This document shows, piece after piece, positions 38,110 to 52,303 of a DNA stretch of 64,000 bases. The stretch comes from Octopus sinensis (taxonomy: Eukaryota). The translations under genes and the position numbers were made by a program. The DNA lies in assembly GCF_006345805.1 (NCBI RefSeq), contig NC_042997.1:27342001-27406000 (forward strand), given 5' to 3'. The notes under the pieces were generated by a model. It was given only the letters and a program-made list of their open reading frames with translations. It searched no databases and was not told the origin of the DNA. Every line of letters starts with the position of its first letter. Position 1 is the stretch's first letter.

Positions 38110-39540
38110 CAGTGTTCCCTCTTTTCACAACCATATAGCAACATTTATCCTGACCAAACTCCAACCCTATGTTCTTTAAGAACATTGTAACCAGGTCAAG
38201 GCTCTTTTTCATCTCATGCACATTCTTTGCATATAGTTTCAAGTTATCCAAAAAGAAACTGTGTGTACTTTCGGTATTTCTGTTTCTTTGTGAACTACTA
38301 AAGTACTCTTCAGACTTCCTTAAGATGAATGACAATGGCTTTATAGAAAGTATAAACATCACAGAGAGAGTGTCCCGTTGGAATATATCTCTGCGATGCT
38401 GTATTCTATCAATGAAAATACAATCAGTCGTTGTATTTAACTTCATGATAGTGGTCTATGATGAATTCAGGTCAGCTATGACTTTGATTATGCTCACTGA
38501 AATTTTAGCAAGACGAAAGGCACCTAACACCCATGAGTTGGGAACAGAGTCAAAGGCTTCGTTGCTGTCCTGTTACATTGAAACTAGATTCCTTCCATGC
38601 TCCCGCACCTCTGATATTACAGTTTTGTTTATAAACAATTGTTTGGCACAACCCCAGACTTCCTTCATCCCAGCTGCTTGTTCTGTTGTGATGTCGTTAT
38701 TTTCACAATGGTCTTCGAGGAAGATGTTTAAACAGGATGTATATATTCTATACATAAAGTTCTGGCATGCAAATACATTTTTGCCGTGTGGGTAAGTCTG
38801 CCTTTTCGTATCAGTTTTGTCTCCACCACAGCTAATCAGTCTGGTATGCTACTATTCTCATTGAGAGCTTGCTGGTACAGATTGCTAAGACACAGTCGGT
38901 AGATCAGGCAGCGAGCTGGCAGAATCGTAGCCGGGACGAAATGCATAGCCTTATTTCATCTGTCGTTACGTTATGAGTTCAAATTCCGCTGAGGTCGACT
39001 TTGTCTTTCATCTTTTCAGGGTCGATAAATTAAATACCAGTTACGCACTGGGGTCGATGTAATCGACTTAATCCGTTTGTCTGTCCTTGTTTGTCCCCTC
39101 TATTTTTAGCCCCTTGTGGGCAATAAAGAAATAAGTTACAGTCGGTAGAAGGTTAGCGTCTTGTAGGAGTGTCTAACAATCAAGTCTCTTCTAGCTGCTT
39201 TTCCATCCTGAAGTTTCTGGATTACAATTACAAGGATTTCACTATCAATGCTTGGATATTATGCAAGGGAAAAAACTTCTTCGTATTTCTTCCAACCACA
39301 AAGTATCTCGGTTAAACTCCATCGCTTCGCCCCAGAATTTTCTCGATAAGGATTCTCTGTCTTCTCGTGAAGTAGCTTCTATGGTGTTTACTGCTTTTAC
39401 TTTCTTCATGTCTCTGCACTGCTTCCGGCTTCCAGTGAATTTTGTTGTTTATTGTTTTTCTCTTGGTTATTCTCTTCTGATGTCGAAGTTTTTCATTGAC
39501 AGCTTTTAACTCTTGCTTGCGGGTGAGGAGTTTGCAACAT
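38110..39540 (-). mobile_element. Decayed R4/Dong-like non-LTR RT fragment
   Basis: EQ.GM.....GCAKQLFINKTV, IFQRDTLS...IKPLSFIL, and HSFFLDNLKLYAKN...IGLEFGQDKC resemble R4-clade RT motifs; the fragment runs into (AAT)n. Confidence 0.7.
38907..39133 (+). mobile_element. SINE family B inserted in the R4-like element, 12 bp TSD
   Basis: acagtcggtaga at 38892-38903 and 39138-39149. Confidence 0.9.
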
Positions 39541-39672
39541 GTATGTATGTATGTATGTATGTATGTATGTATGTATGTATGTATGTATGTATGTATGTAT
39601 GTGTGTATGTATGTATGTATGTATGCATGTATGTATGTATGTATGTATGTATGTATGTATGTATGTATGTGC

Positions 39673-39703
<31 letters not shown>

Positions 39704-39920
39704 CGTATGTATGTATGCATGTATGTTTGTATGTATGCTTGTATGTATTTATGTATGTATGTATGTATGTATGTATGTATGTATGTGTATATGTATGTAT
39801 GTATGTATGTTTGTATGTATGTATGTATGTATGTATGTATGCATGTATGTGAGTATGTATGCATGTATGTATGTATGCATGTATGTATGTATGTACGTAC
39901 GTATGAATATATGTATGTAT
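39540..39920. repeat. Long (TATG)n microsatellite
   Basis: Directly visible. Confidence 0.95.
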
Positions 39921-39979
39921 TATGCATACAAGCGCGCACGCAAATAAACGAAGAAAAAACAGGAAAGAGAGAAAGAGAG

Positions 39980-40021
<42 letters not shown>

Positions 40022-40611
40022 CGATACGATATCGTAACGTAAATAGTTACTTGCCAACTTTTTAATAGTGTTAGCTTGACATAATACTCTTTCTCCTTTC
40101 ACAATTGAATGGTTTTACAACGTGAACTCAACCTTTTTCGATGATTTCTGTGAAATGCATTTACAATATGTGACATATACGAAAATAAATATATTCTTTA
40201 TAAATACATATATAGCTACGGTTTTATGTTATTGCCGTTTAATTGCCTAAGCCACTGACGCTAAATTTATGATCCTAGATTGTAAACAAAGCATCGTTCT
40301 ATGGAAATAAATATGTAGGCCTACTTATAAGTGTATATAAGAGTGCTGTTTATTCTTGTTATTTAGTTGCTTGATTCACAAACGCTAAAAGTATAATCTT
40401 ACATTGTAAACAAAACATCGTTATTTCTATATCAACAAATAAAGTGTAAGGCAATGAAAGAGAAGTGCAAAAGCGGTTTACAGCAACTGCTTTCGGTCTT
40501 GATACATGCTTTCAATGAAACGTCATATAGTAATAACTGACTTGCATACACACTTTCGAAATCTATACATACATATATATATATGTGTGTGTATGTATGT
40601 GTGTGTATATA

Positions 40612-41019
40612 TCTTTTACTCTTTTTTTTCTTACTCGTTTACTTGTTTCAGTCATTTGACTGCGGCCATGCTGGAGCACCGCCTTTAGTCGAGCAAATCG
40701 ACCCCGGGACTTATTCTTTTGTAAGCCCAGTACTTATTCTATCGGTCTCTTTTGCCGAACTGCTAAGTGACGGGGACGTAAACACACCAGCATCGGTTGT
40801 CAAGCAATGCTAGGGGGACAAACACAGACACACAAACATATACACACACACTTATATATATATACATATATACGACAGGCTTCTTTCAGTTTCCGTCTAC
40901 CAAATCCACTCACAAGGCATTGGTCGGCCCGGGGCTATAGCAGAAGACACTTGCCCAAGGTGCCACGCAGTGGGACTGAACCCGGAACCATGTGGTTGGT
41001 TAGCAAGCTACTTACCACA
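40612..41019 (-). mobile_element. SINE family A
   Basis: Near-identical to 47972-48372 and 53850-54263. Confidence 0.9.
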
Positions 41020-41070
41020 TCTATATATATGTATATATACACACACACATATATATATGTATGTATACAT

Positions 41071-41223
41071 GTGGTTGTGTGGTAAGTAGTTTGCTTAAAA
41101 CCACATGGTTCCGGGTTCAGTCCCATTGCGTGGCACCTTGGGCAAGTGTCTTCTACTATAGCCTCGAGCCGACCAAAGCCTTGTGAGTGGATTTGGTAGA
41201 TGGAAACTGAAAGAATCCTGTCG

Positions 41224-41255
<32 letters not shown>

Positions 41256-41515
41256 TGAGTGTGTGTGTGTATGTGTGTGTGTGTGTGTGTGGGCTGGTGT
41301 GTGTAAATGTTTGTGTCTGTATCCGTCCCTTCCTACTGTCACCTGTCAACCGATGTTGGTGTGCTTACGTTCACGTAATATAGAGGTTTAGCAAAAGAAA
41401 CCGATAAAATACGTATTAGGCTTACGAAGAATAAGTCTTGGGGTCGATTTGTTCGACTAAAGGCGGTGCTCCAGTATGGCCGTAGTGAAATTACTGAAAC
41501 AAATAAAAGAATAAA
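41071..41515 (+). mobile_element. SINE family A, diverged
   Basis: gtggttgtgtggtaagtag...ggttccgggttcagtccc...gaaacaaataaaaga. Confidence 0.85.
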
Positions 41516-41799
41516 ATAGAAAAAAAGGCTAAATAGTACAGGTGTACTACGCTCGATTATACATATTTTTTTACTTATCTATTTATGAGGTCAATTTATG
41601 AGGTCAATGAGGTTTTAGCATAACAGCATTTTATCTTCTATCGACGGAATAAAGGCACCTCTCTATCTCGAATGTGCATGGGGTTGTATTGTTGTCCATA
41701 GAGAGCTTCTATCAACTTAACCTCTGATTCAATGGGTTTCAGTTATCAGGAACGTTATCCTTTCTTTTACACACAGACACACACTAACACATATAAGCG

Positions 41800-41965
41800 C
41801 ATGCGTGGATGTGCGTGAGGTGGTTTTCCAGCCACATAGTTCTGGATTTAGTACCACTGCGTGACACCTTGAGCAAGTGTCTTCTACTATAGCTTCGGAC
41901 CAACAAAAGCTTTGTAACTTGTGATTTTGTAGACGGTTAGAGGGAAACTGAATGAAGCCCGCCAT
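41800..41965 (+). mobile_element. SINE family A, degenerate 5' half
   Basis: ccactgcgtgacaccttgagcaagtgtcttctactatag...ggaaactgaatgaagcccg. Confidence 0.7.
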
Positions 41966-42161
41966 ATAAATAAATAAATATATATATATATATATATACA
42001 TACGTATATACATATATATATATATACATATATGTATGTATCTATATATATGTATATATACACACACATACACACATATATATGTATGTATGTATGTATG
42101 TATATATATATACATATATATATACGTATATATATATATATATATATATAATATGTATTAA

Positions 42162-42195
<34 letters not shown>

Positions 42196-42236
42196 AATAC
42201 ACACATATATATATACATATATACACATACATACAC

Positions 42237-42355
<119 letters not shown>

Positions 42356-43784
42356 TTAATACTAATAAAGTGTATGGAGACTTGTACATTTACAAAATAG
42401 TTATATACAGCTTATCATAATGGCCTCTCATGCTGTAGATAACTATAAAAATACGTTTGTAGATGTACAAGTCTCCATACTTGTTATTATGGAATTCAGG
42501 ATGTGAAATTAAGTGTAGTCTTCTTAGAATGTTTTCTATTCTGAGGAACGTTGGTCCAGTTAACGCTAATCCAGGGCCACATCCAGGGCCACATCCAGGA
42601 GTTTAAGGTTGTCAAGTGGTGGTGGGAGACAAACACACACGCGCGCGCACACACACACACACCACACACACACACACACATAATATCTAAAAGTAAGTTC
42701 TAAGGATCAAGATGTTGGATGATTGTAGGCTACGAGCAGTCTGTGGAAGGTATAAAGAAAACAACTTCCAGGGACAATAGAGGTTTGATAACATAGAATC
42801 GAATCTCCTGCGAGTCAACATGGCATCCCTTGATGACAATGTAAACTTCTTTTGATAAAAGTGCCTTTGGCTCGATGAGTAGCTAGTGTATTATCCCTCG
42901 CTTGGATATTTACGACGGGCTTCATTCAGTTTCCCAACTAGTTATTGCTGTTACTTCTAGGCGGTATACCGACGACAGGGGCTGTTTTATTAGCCCTTGG
43001 TATTTCGTCAACCGCTAAAATAAATCTCTTGTTAATGTCGGACCAACTCCGATCTATCAGTTGTATAATGAAAGATATTCAAGCCAGCATCATCTTATCT
43101 TTTAAGGCGTATCTAAGATTTGATTTTCTCCCTTTCCTTGCTTTGGAGATGGTTCGCTGTGATTTAAGCGTTATTTGGCTGTTGTTTCTAGCAATTCGAC
43201 AACATTTGGTCATTGAAAAAAGATTTTCGACTCCATGTCATAATATGGGAATAATATGATCCAAAAAGGGAAGAATCATTTAAAGTCATTCGAATTGCTG
43301 GAAATAACATTCAAACTCTTTTCAGATCACATACAACTGTTTTAGAATAAAACATACATTGAGTAATGTAGGTCGAGATTGAATCCTAACTCTACTCGAT
43401 CAGGGCTAGACTAGGTTCCACAATAAAGAATATCGGACTAATGTAAAAGTCTTTACAAAGTATAATATTACTTAAATATATGGGTCTCCGTCTTTTTCTA
43501 AGACACACAGTTACTTGTTTGATCAACTTAAAAATCTCGTTAAATTAGAAGCTAAATACACCAAAAACTCATGTGCCCTTAAAGCAAGTCTCAAGAAGAA
43601 TTTGCCGGATAAAATATGCGACAAGATTGTGTCTTCCAATCGGAAAGTGAATCAACCCGATAGGCCTACATAGAGTTTCTGCTAAGCTAATTTCATTTAG
43701 AAGGCTTGAATCGACCCTATATTATGATAAAATAGACTTGTTCAACATAGAAAGCCAGGTCGTATAAATATATATGCATGCATA

Positions 43785-44634
43785 CGAAGTGCGTTCAAAA
43801 CGTGTCCAAATTAATTTTGCCCGCCAAAATTAATGCTGCATAGACAAAATCCTTTGGGTGAGATGTGTCGCCATTATACTTGTGCACGCGCGAACATTTT
43901 CGCGCCGGTAGGCCGCTTTAGTTCTCTACTATTACGCCTAGAGTATGGACGTGTAGTTGACGCTCGCCAGATGTTCGCATTAACCGAAAGCATCAAGTAT
44001 TGCCAACACTTGGTAATACTCAAGCTTAAAATGTCCAGAAGATTGAGCAGGTCTTTGGAGATGATACCATAGGCAAAACTGCGATCAAGGATGACCGCAT
44101 CTCATTGGAGAGCGAGACACATTCAGCCAAGCCATCCACAAACCGAAACGAAGAGCAGGTTGAGGAGGTTCAGCGAATAGTCATGGAAGATTGTCGTGTA
44201 ACAATCCAGGAAATTGTTCACGTAGTGGAAATAAGCACAGAATCAGTGCATTCCATTTTAATGGAAAATTTGTGCCTGCTGAGAGTGTCAGCGAAGTTCG
44301 TCCTGAGGCTGAGCAGCATAAGCAACTCCAGATGGAAATCACTCATGACATGCTGTACTGTGCAAACCACGACCATCATCTCTAATGATAAGACATGTGA
44401 TTATGGTCTCTGCTCGATACATTCAGTCAGCTTAGGCGAAAATGAAAATCTGACGAGCGGGCATTACACGTCCGTACTCCAGGCGTAAAAGACCAAAACG
44501 GACACGTCTTACCGGCATGATTATTTTCACGCTTGCGCAAGTAGGAGCGTCACCTCCCTCCCGGAGGATTTTAGCTGCATGGCATAAGTTTTGGCGGGAA
44601 ATAATGAAGTCGGATAATTTTTCAATGTACCTCG
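43785..44634 (+). mobile_element. mariner derivative with ~188 bp imperfect inverted ends around an N-terminal transposase fragment
   Basis: TA|cgaagtg...cgccagat (43785-43972) is approximately the reverse complement of 44448-44634|TA; internal KPSTNRNEEQVEEVQRIVMEDCRVTIQEI...VHSIL.ENL...RVSAKFV. Confidence 0.85.
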
Positions 44635-44710
44635 TATGTGTGTGTATATATATATTTTTGTATGTATACATGTATGTATGTCAGTCTGCCTCGGTCTCTC
44701 TTTCTGTCTC

Positions 44711-44756
<46 letters not shown>

Positions 44757-46532
44757 ATTTATATAACCAAATCTTGCAGGTACCGCCAATATACGATGTT
44801 TCCCATCTTATCGTTAAAGGCACGAAACTGGGTATTAGTAACTGAAACTGAACATAAAAGTAAGCATTAATATATTGATATGTATATACATACACACAAA
44901 CACACACACACACGTATATATATATATATATATATAGGGAAAGTTTACGAAAAAAACAAAAGACGAAGACAGGTGGTGTTCAAAGCAAACAGATGTATTA
45001 GTATAGCGCTCAGGAATAGAAAAAGTCTTTTACGTTTCGAGCCTACTCTCTTCTACAGAAAGGGACACAGAAAAAGCAAGGAGAGAAAAAAAATGTGTGT
45101 AGTGGCTAACGATCGGTCAAAGCGATATTTCACATTACTATGATGCGTTATAGTATACTTTTGTACAGTACAAATTTATTATTCTTTTTCAAGAATGGAG
45201 ATGTCGACATTACATTTATGAATTAGTTACGGTCGCTTCCATAAATAGTGGAGGCGTTATATCAATTAACATGCCGATTCACACAAATGGAAAATTGTGT
45301 CAATCCGTACAATATTGAAGTGCTTTTATTATACAACCAGACTGAAAAAAGGATGGGTGAAGCTTACATTAGATGTTGTATGAATTTATATAATTTTATA
45401 TTTGTATAACCCAGCATATAAATAGATTTAAGCATTCCGCTAATTATCGAAACGACATTACATGATTAGTAAACTTAATACCATCATCATTCCTTTGTTT
45501 AATTTTATGCTCTGCGATGCCTCATAACCGGTACGCTTCTCCAGATTTATATATAGTACAGAAAGATTTCTAGATTAACTGAATAATGATTCTAATTTTT
45601 ATTCGTATATTAGCTGGTATTCCGCTTTGAGCGCAAACTAATGTACTGACATTGATTTCCTATATTACAATCATTTTATGATAGAAGTATACTTCACAAA
45701 AATATACACACACACAAACACACACAAGCAAGCACACACACACACATAAATATATAGATATATATTCATGAATGTGTGTATATATATGTGTGTATGTATG
45801 TATATATATATATGATATAATGTTAATAAATTATAATTTTTGAATTGGAAATTGTATATGTATTACCATTTTCTATTCATTGTTATAAATCTAATATATA
45901 CCAATGTGATTTGTAAGGCTTTCTCTGCAAAATTGGGTATTTAATAGTGGAGCCAATAAAAGATCGGATGTTTCAGTTAGCCATTTCAACGATTTCAGAA
46001 GTCACACGACCATCAGAACGACTTCTCCTGCATCAAACGTAGTATCTTTGACAGGCCCCCACTTACCAGTTATTTGCAATTGCCTACTTTGTATCCACGA
46101 CAGACTACTGGAGGAATTAATTATTTTATTGTTGCCACCAAAAGAACGCCTTGTTATTAAACTTCAAACGTCTTGCTACTGACAATTCAGATACACCACC
46201 CAAAATCTTGTTGCCCCTTTTTAAAATAGGAGGGTATTTAATCCCTACCACTCGTATAGACTACGGCACCACCCATGTTGTTCCTTTAACCTCAATTTTA
46301 ACCTAACAATTTCAAATTTGCTTGCTTTCACATAAAGACTGCTACCACTAACCAATTAAAACACCAGTGAGCAACTAAGCAGCGATAGCTCCTCAACTTA
46401 CCATGAGTTGCACCTAATACAATGGTCTAATGTCGAAGAATAAACAACATTGCAGTTTCCCGCTGATGTAGTAACAGCGCCTTGCCAATATTCTGTGCGA
46501 TCATGTGAGCCTAAGAATGAAGAAAAGAAAAA

Positions 46533-47120
46533 GGCGGCGAGCTGGCAGAAGCGTTAGTACCCCGGGCGAAATGCTTAGCGGTAATTCGTCTGCCGCTACG
46601 TTCTGAATTCAAATTCCGCCGAGGTCGACTTTGCCTTTCATCCTATCGGGGTCGATTAAATAACTACCAGTTACGCACTGGGGTCTATAAAATCGACTTA
46701 ATCCGTTTGTCTCTCCTTGCTTGTCCACTCTGTGTTTAGCCCATTTTGGGTAGTAAAGAAATAGGTATTTCGTCTGCCCTACGTTCTGAATTCAAATTCC
46801 GCCAAGGTCGACTTTGCTGTCACCCTTTCGGGGCCGATTAAATAAGTACCAGTTACGCACTGGGGTCGATATAATCGACTTAATCCGTTTGTGTCTCCTT
46901 GCTTGTCCACTCTGTGTTTAGCCCATTTTGCGTAGTAAAGAAATAGGTATTTCGTCTGCCCCTACGTTCTGAGTTCAAATTCCGCCGAGGTCGACTTTGC
47001 CTTTCATCCTTTCGGGGTCGATTAAATAAGTACCAGTTACGCACCGGGGTCGATGTAATCTCTTTGTCTGTCATTTTTTGTCCCCTCTATGTTTATCCCC
47101 TTGTGGATAATAAAGAAATA
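46533..47120 (+). mobile_element. SINE family B trimer within one 17 bp TSD
   Basis: One head and three bodies, junctions at 46765 and 46947 (182 bp apart); TSD taagaatgaagaaaaga at 46512-46528 and 47119-47135. Confidence 0.9.
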
Positions 47121-47315
47121 AGAATGAAGAAAAGATTGGTTGTCACTTCTATACAATCAACATCCCGTGACCTGAGCTTGCAAATAAGGAATCAACATCT
47201 AGAAAACATCTTGAGTCTGTCTCAAATGCATTGCTATACTTTCGATTTCTAATGTTATGCGTTCGCTATCACATCGAGGAAAACTTTAACTCACATGAAG
47301 CTATATCCGACAGTT

Positions 47316-47359
<44 letters not shown>

Positions 47360-47464
47360 CGTGCGTGTACACATAAATACTAAATTAGGAATAAAAATGT
47401 GCGTGTCTGCGCGTGTGCATGCAAATTCGTTTCAATCTATCTCTCCCTCTCCCTTCTCATACTA

Positions 47465-47541
<77 letters not shown>

Positions 47542-47971
47542 CATATGTACAAATAATATGGGTGGATTATTAGCAATTTAATAGCCTAAAGGCAAATGTA
47601 TAGGCGTCACTAAAGTGACAGAGGGTGTCAAGTAGTAACAACATTGCTAGAAATAAGAGTCAAATCAACTCAATAGCAGCAGAAGCACTATCTTAATGAG
47701 TGACAAGGGGAGAGAAGCTCCCCAGCAGACACAGCCTGATCACCGGTGATTTCGAATTTTGATGCAGAGCATGTTAATTTTTGTTGGTGGCTAGGGTTAA
47801 ACTCAACTCACCTTGTCAGCTTATAAGAATATCGTTCAACTCATTCTCTGATTTCAAAAACGGTAAAAGTGAAAACTAGAAATAATATGGGTGGCTTATT
47901 AACAATTTAACAGCGTAAAGGCAAATTTATAACGTCATAAGTGACAGCGAATACTAAGTAGTACCAGCATA

Positions 47972-48372
47972 TACTCTTTACTCTTTTACTTGTTTCAGTC
48001 ATTTGACTGCGGCCATGCTGGAGCACCGCCTTTAGTCGAGCAAATCGACCCCGGGACTTATTCTTTTGTAAGCCCAGTACTTATTCTATCGGTCTCTTTT
48101 GCCGAACCGCTAAGTGACGGGGACGCAAACACACCAGCATCGGTTGTCAAGCAATGCTAGGGGGACAAACACAGACACACAAAAACACACACATACATAT
48201 ATACATACATATATACGACAGGCTTCTTTCAGTTTCCGTCTACCAAATCCACTCACAAGGCATTGGTCGGCCCGGGGCTATAGCAGAAGACGCTTGCCCA
48301 AGATGCCACGCAGTGGGACTGAACCCGGAATGATGTGGTTGGTAAGCAAGCTACTTACCACACAGCCACTCC
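47972..48372 (-). mobile_element. SINE family A, full length
   Basis: Complete head-to-tail match to the other copies. Confidence 0.9.
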
Positions 48373-48559
48373 TACGCCTATGTATGTATGTATGTATGTA
48401 TATATGTATGTATGTATGCATGTATGTATGTATGTATGTATGTATGTATGTATGTATGTATGTATGTATGTATGTATGTGTGTATGTATGTATGTATGTA
48501 TGTATGCATGCAGACATGTATGTATATCTGTATGCTTGTATGTATATATGTATGTGCAA

Positions 48560-51110
48560 CTGAGAGCCATATTTAGGAAAATCCCCAATTCTGATAAAGT
48601 CAAAAACTCGTTCTACTGGGGAATTTCAATGCCAGGGTTGGAACAGAGTGGCAAACATGGAACTGTCAAGGGTGTAGGGAAATTGAATAGCAATGACCTC
48701 ATGCTGCTGGAGCTTTGCGATGAATATGGACTTTACATTGCACGCACTCATTTTATGCACAAAGTTGATCACACAACAACGTGGATGCATCCAAAGTTTA
48801 AAGTTTGGCACTTTCTGGAATATGTAATCATCCGCAAGCGTGACCTTTATGATATTTGTAATGTCAAGCCCCTTTCATGGATCAGAATGCTGAGCAAACA
48901 AAAGTCTAGTGCGAGCATAGTTCCGGATGATGATTAGAGTGAAAGAAAAAAAAAGGGCTACTTGGCATTCGTCGGCATCTGAATGTCCACATGATATATG
49001 ATGCTGTGTTGTGAAAAGAGCTTCAGACTCGCTTGTCCAGCATTGAAAATACTACAGTATGGGAGGATTTTCTAGACCAGGTTCTTGAATGTGCTGCTGA
49101 AACATTGAAATATATTACTGCCAGAGACTGGTTTGATGAAAATGATGCTGAAGTTCAGTGACTATTGGTTGTAAAGCACCATGCCCACAATATATTGCTG
49201 TGCAGAAGACTTTCAGCTGCGCAGCGAAATCTAGCACTTGCCCAGTATAGCAGTGTAAAATCACTACTGCAGTGATCTCTCAGGAAGATGCAGAAGACTT
49301 GGTGGGAGGATCATGCTCGCGCTGTTCAGGCTGCTGCTGATGCAAATGACAGAAATAAGTTTTACCATCTTATGAAGTAAGTTTATGAGCTTAAGATCTC
49401 TGCATCAGCGCCTTTGCTTTCCAAGAGTCTTCTGCTCTATTTACTAATTCAACAGAAAACACAGGTTGCTGGATTGAGCACTTCGCTGAACTCCTAAGCC
49501 ACGACTCAGCTGTGGATGAAACAGTGATTGATACTATGCAACAAAGATCTATCATTGGCTCCTTAAATTCCAAGCCCTCAATAGATGAGGTAAAGACATC
49601 AACAAATAAATTGAATCGTGGTAGGGCACCTGGAAAGAATGGAATTTGCTATTTGGTAGTGATTACATCTCTACAGAGGTAATGCTCTACTATCAGCTGC
49701 TAGCAAGGTTCTGGCAAATATTCTTTCCCGCCTGAATGGGTGTCTCGTAAATGATGTCCTGTCTGAACCTCAATGTGGCGTCCGATCTGGCAGAGGGACA
49801 ATGGATATGATTTTCACAGCAAGACATATACATGACTTGTCCAAGTATACATTGATTTAATCAAGGCATTTGATACTGTGTATAGGGTCTTGCTATGGAA
49901 AATACTTGGATGCCCGGATCACATTGTATCTACAATGAAAACATTTCATGATGGGATGGAGGTGTGGATCAATGCTGGTGGTGGCATGGTGGGACCCATT
50001 CCTGTAGAGAATGGTATCAATCAGGGTGACATCCTTGCTCCAACTCTCTTTTCTTTGTACTTTGCTACTGCTTTTACTCATGCTTTTGCTAAGTTTAACT
50101 CTGAGAATATATGACAGATATCGATCTTCTGGTCGCCTCTTTAATCTGCGCTGATTTGCTGTCAATTCAATAGTTTTCCAGCCTCTTATTCGAGGGCTTT
50201 ATGCAGATGACTGTGACTTAGCCACTCATAGAGTGGCTGACATGTAAATACGTATGAATCGTTTTCTGCTTTTTGCAAGGCATTTGGAATCAGCGTTATC
50301 TTAGTCAAGATTGTTGTAATGTTCCAGCCTGCACCAGGAAATCCATATCTTGGTTGAAGGAACAATTCTGAAAGTGGTAGACAAGTTTGTCTACATGGGC
50401 AGCACACTCAGCTGTTCTTGCACCCTGGATGATGAAATATCTTTCAGATTGCAGAGAGCAACTGATTCCTTTCGGTCTCTTCAGTCACATGTCTGGTCCC
50501 AGCATAGCATCACAAAGCAAACAAAAATTGCTATGTACCGTGCATGTGTACTGACATCGCTCCTTTACTCATTTCAAATATGGACTTCTTACAAATGTCA
50601 TGAAGGGTCCTTGAACGCTTTCATCAGCGATGTCTGAGACACATTCTGCCTGTTGCCCGGACCTTAAAAACTCCAGACACACAGGTCCTGAGGATATAGC
50701 TGATATCTTGAGCATTGAGGCGAGTTGCACAAGCACCGGTTATGCTGGACTGGACACCTAATTAGAAAGAAGAATAGTAGGATCCATAAACAGATGACAT
50801 ATGAGGAAATTGTTAGTGGAAAGAGACCACAGCAGAAACCAAGGTTGCGATTTAAGGACTGTGTCAAGTCCTCGTTTAAGGTCTGTGATATGCAGGAGAC
50901 TGACTGGGAGAGCAATTTCTGTCATCGCCACAGATGGAGGAAGCAGGTTAAGGAGCGAGACAACACCTTTGAGAGAGCACGTATTCTGAAATTCAGCATG
51001 CTGCTGAAGAATTTCACCGTGTTGCTCGAAAGCGCACTGCTAGAGTAGTGAATGGAGAAGGCTTGGTTTGCAATGTTTGCAGTCGCGTCAAAAGCAGGGC
51101 TCATTAGCCT
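48560..51110 (+). mobile_element. Decayed RTE-clade LINE (endonuclease to C-terminus)
   Basis: GVGKLNSNDLMLLELC...TTWMHPK..WH.LEYVIIRKRD; LWKILGCP...GINQGDILAPTLFSLYF; VVDKFVYMGSTLS; RLCWTGHLIR...KQMTY...RFKDCVK; C-terminal CNVC..SKAGL. Confidence 0.9.
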
Positions 51111-51521
51111 ATGTATGAATGCATACGTGCGTGCGTGCGTGCGTGTGCGTGTGTGTGTGTGAATGTGTCTGTGTATACACATAAATACTAAATTCGAATG
51201 AAAGGCCTTGTTAAGGTAAATATGGCACACATGAAGTGTAAGTGTTGAATTTTGTTAATGTTCATCGTAATGTTGGAAGCTTTGTCCAGACGCTAAACCG
51301 CAGTAAATTGAAGTTTAAACATAAAACATGAAATCTATGTATATGCGACCGTTAATATTTATATATATTCACGCATACATACGCTTGTTATGTATTATAA
51401 ATGTATGTATATAAACAAAAGTGTATGTGTTTATATATGTGGGTGTGTGTGTATGTTTGTGAGTGTGTGTGCTTATGTTTGTGTGTGAGCGTGTGTAATT
51501 TATTTCTTTATTTCATACAGG

Positions 51522-51652
51522 GGGTTAAACATAGGAGGGTACAAATAAGGACAGACAAAGGGATTAAGTCGATTACATCGACCCAGTGCGTAACTGGTAC
51601 TTATTTAATTAACCCCGAAAAGATGCAAGCCAAGGTCGACCTCGGCAGAATT
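51522..51652 (-). mobile_element. SINE family B, 3' fragment
   Basis: acaaataaggacagacaaagggattaagtcgattacatcgacc...ggtcgacctcggcagaattt. Confidence 0.8.
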
Positions 51653-52260
51653 TCCTCATTCTAAACGTTTTTGTAGAGTATAATACGACCCTAGAACAGC
51701 TGCAAATTCCATTTGGCTGGTTCTATTCAACTTCATACGAATTTGATATCGTCTTTCCGATTATCTATATTTCAGCTAGTATGTCACCTGCTGATTCACA
51801 TCTAATTACTGTTCAAGAAATTTGCGCACCTGGTCTAATTTTGTACGATTTAGTTTTCTTTCATAAAATAAATACTTCCTAATTTGCGTTCAAATTTTTG
51901 GTTTTAGCTCTAAAGTTAGAAACATTTTATTCAGAAATAATTTAACAGCGTAGAAAACTTATATACGCCATTTAAAATTTTCGTCGCATTTCCTGCGACC
52001 TAAAGAGGTAATTATTATATGTTATACCGCATGTTACACTGTATGTTGTATTACACATCACCTAATTTAGCAATATATATATAAAATACGATTATTTGAA
52101 ATTACTTCCAAAGCACGTTCTAGAAATGAATTGTATGGGTAGTGCTAGAAAAGGTTTTCTACGAGATGCATTTTGTGCTACTCTATGAATCTTCATGCTT
52201 CCTATTGAACTAGAACATTCGGATCTTCAAATCCATCTAAGGTACACAAATACAGAGAGG

Positions 52261-52303
<43 letters not shown>

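Noticed and set aside
42945-43259. 104-aa hydrophobic ORF as a membrane protein
   Set aside because: It has a non-ATG start and no family motif; the opposite strand has a faint NKTAP..GIP LINE-like remnant, so it is probably antisense to a decayed element.
45020-45062. Minus-strand ctgtagaagag-agtagg-ctc-gaaac as a hammerhead (similarly half-motifs at ~14070-14110, ~37455-37480, ~53130-53180 and ~62980)
   Set aside because: The CUGANGA box is absent or misplaced, or the partner half is missing; too weak to call.
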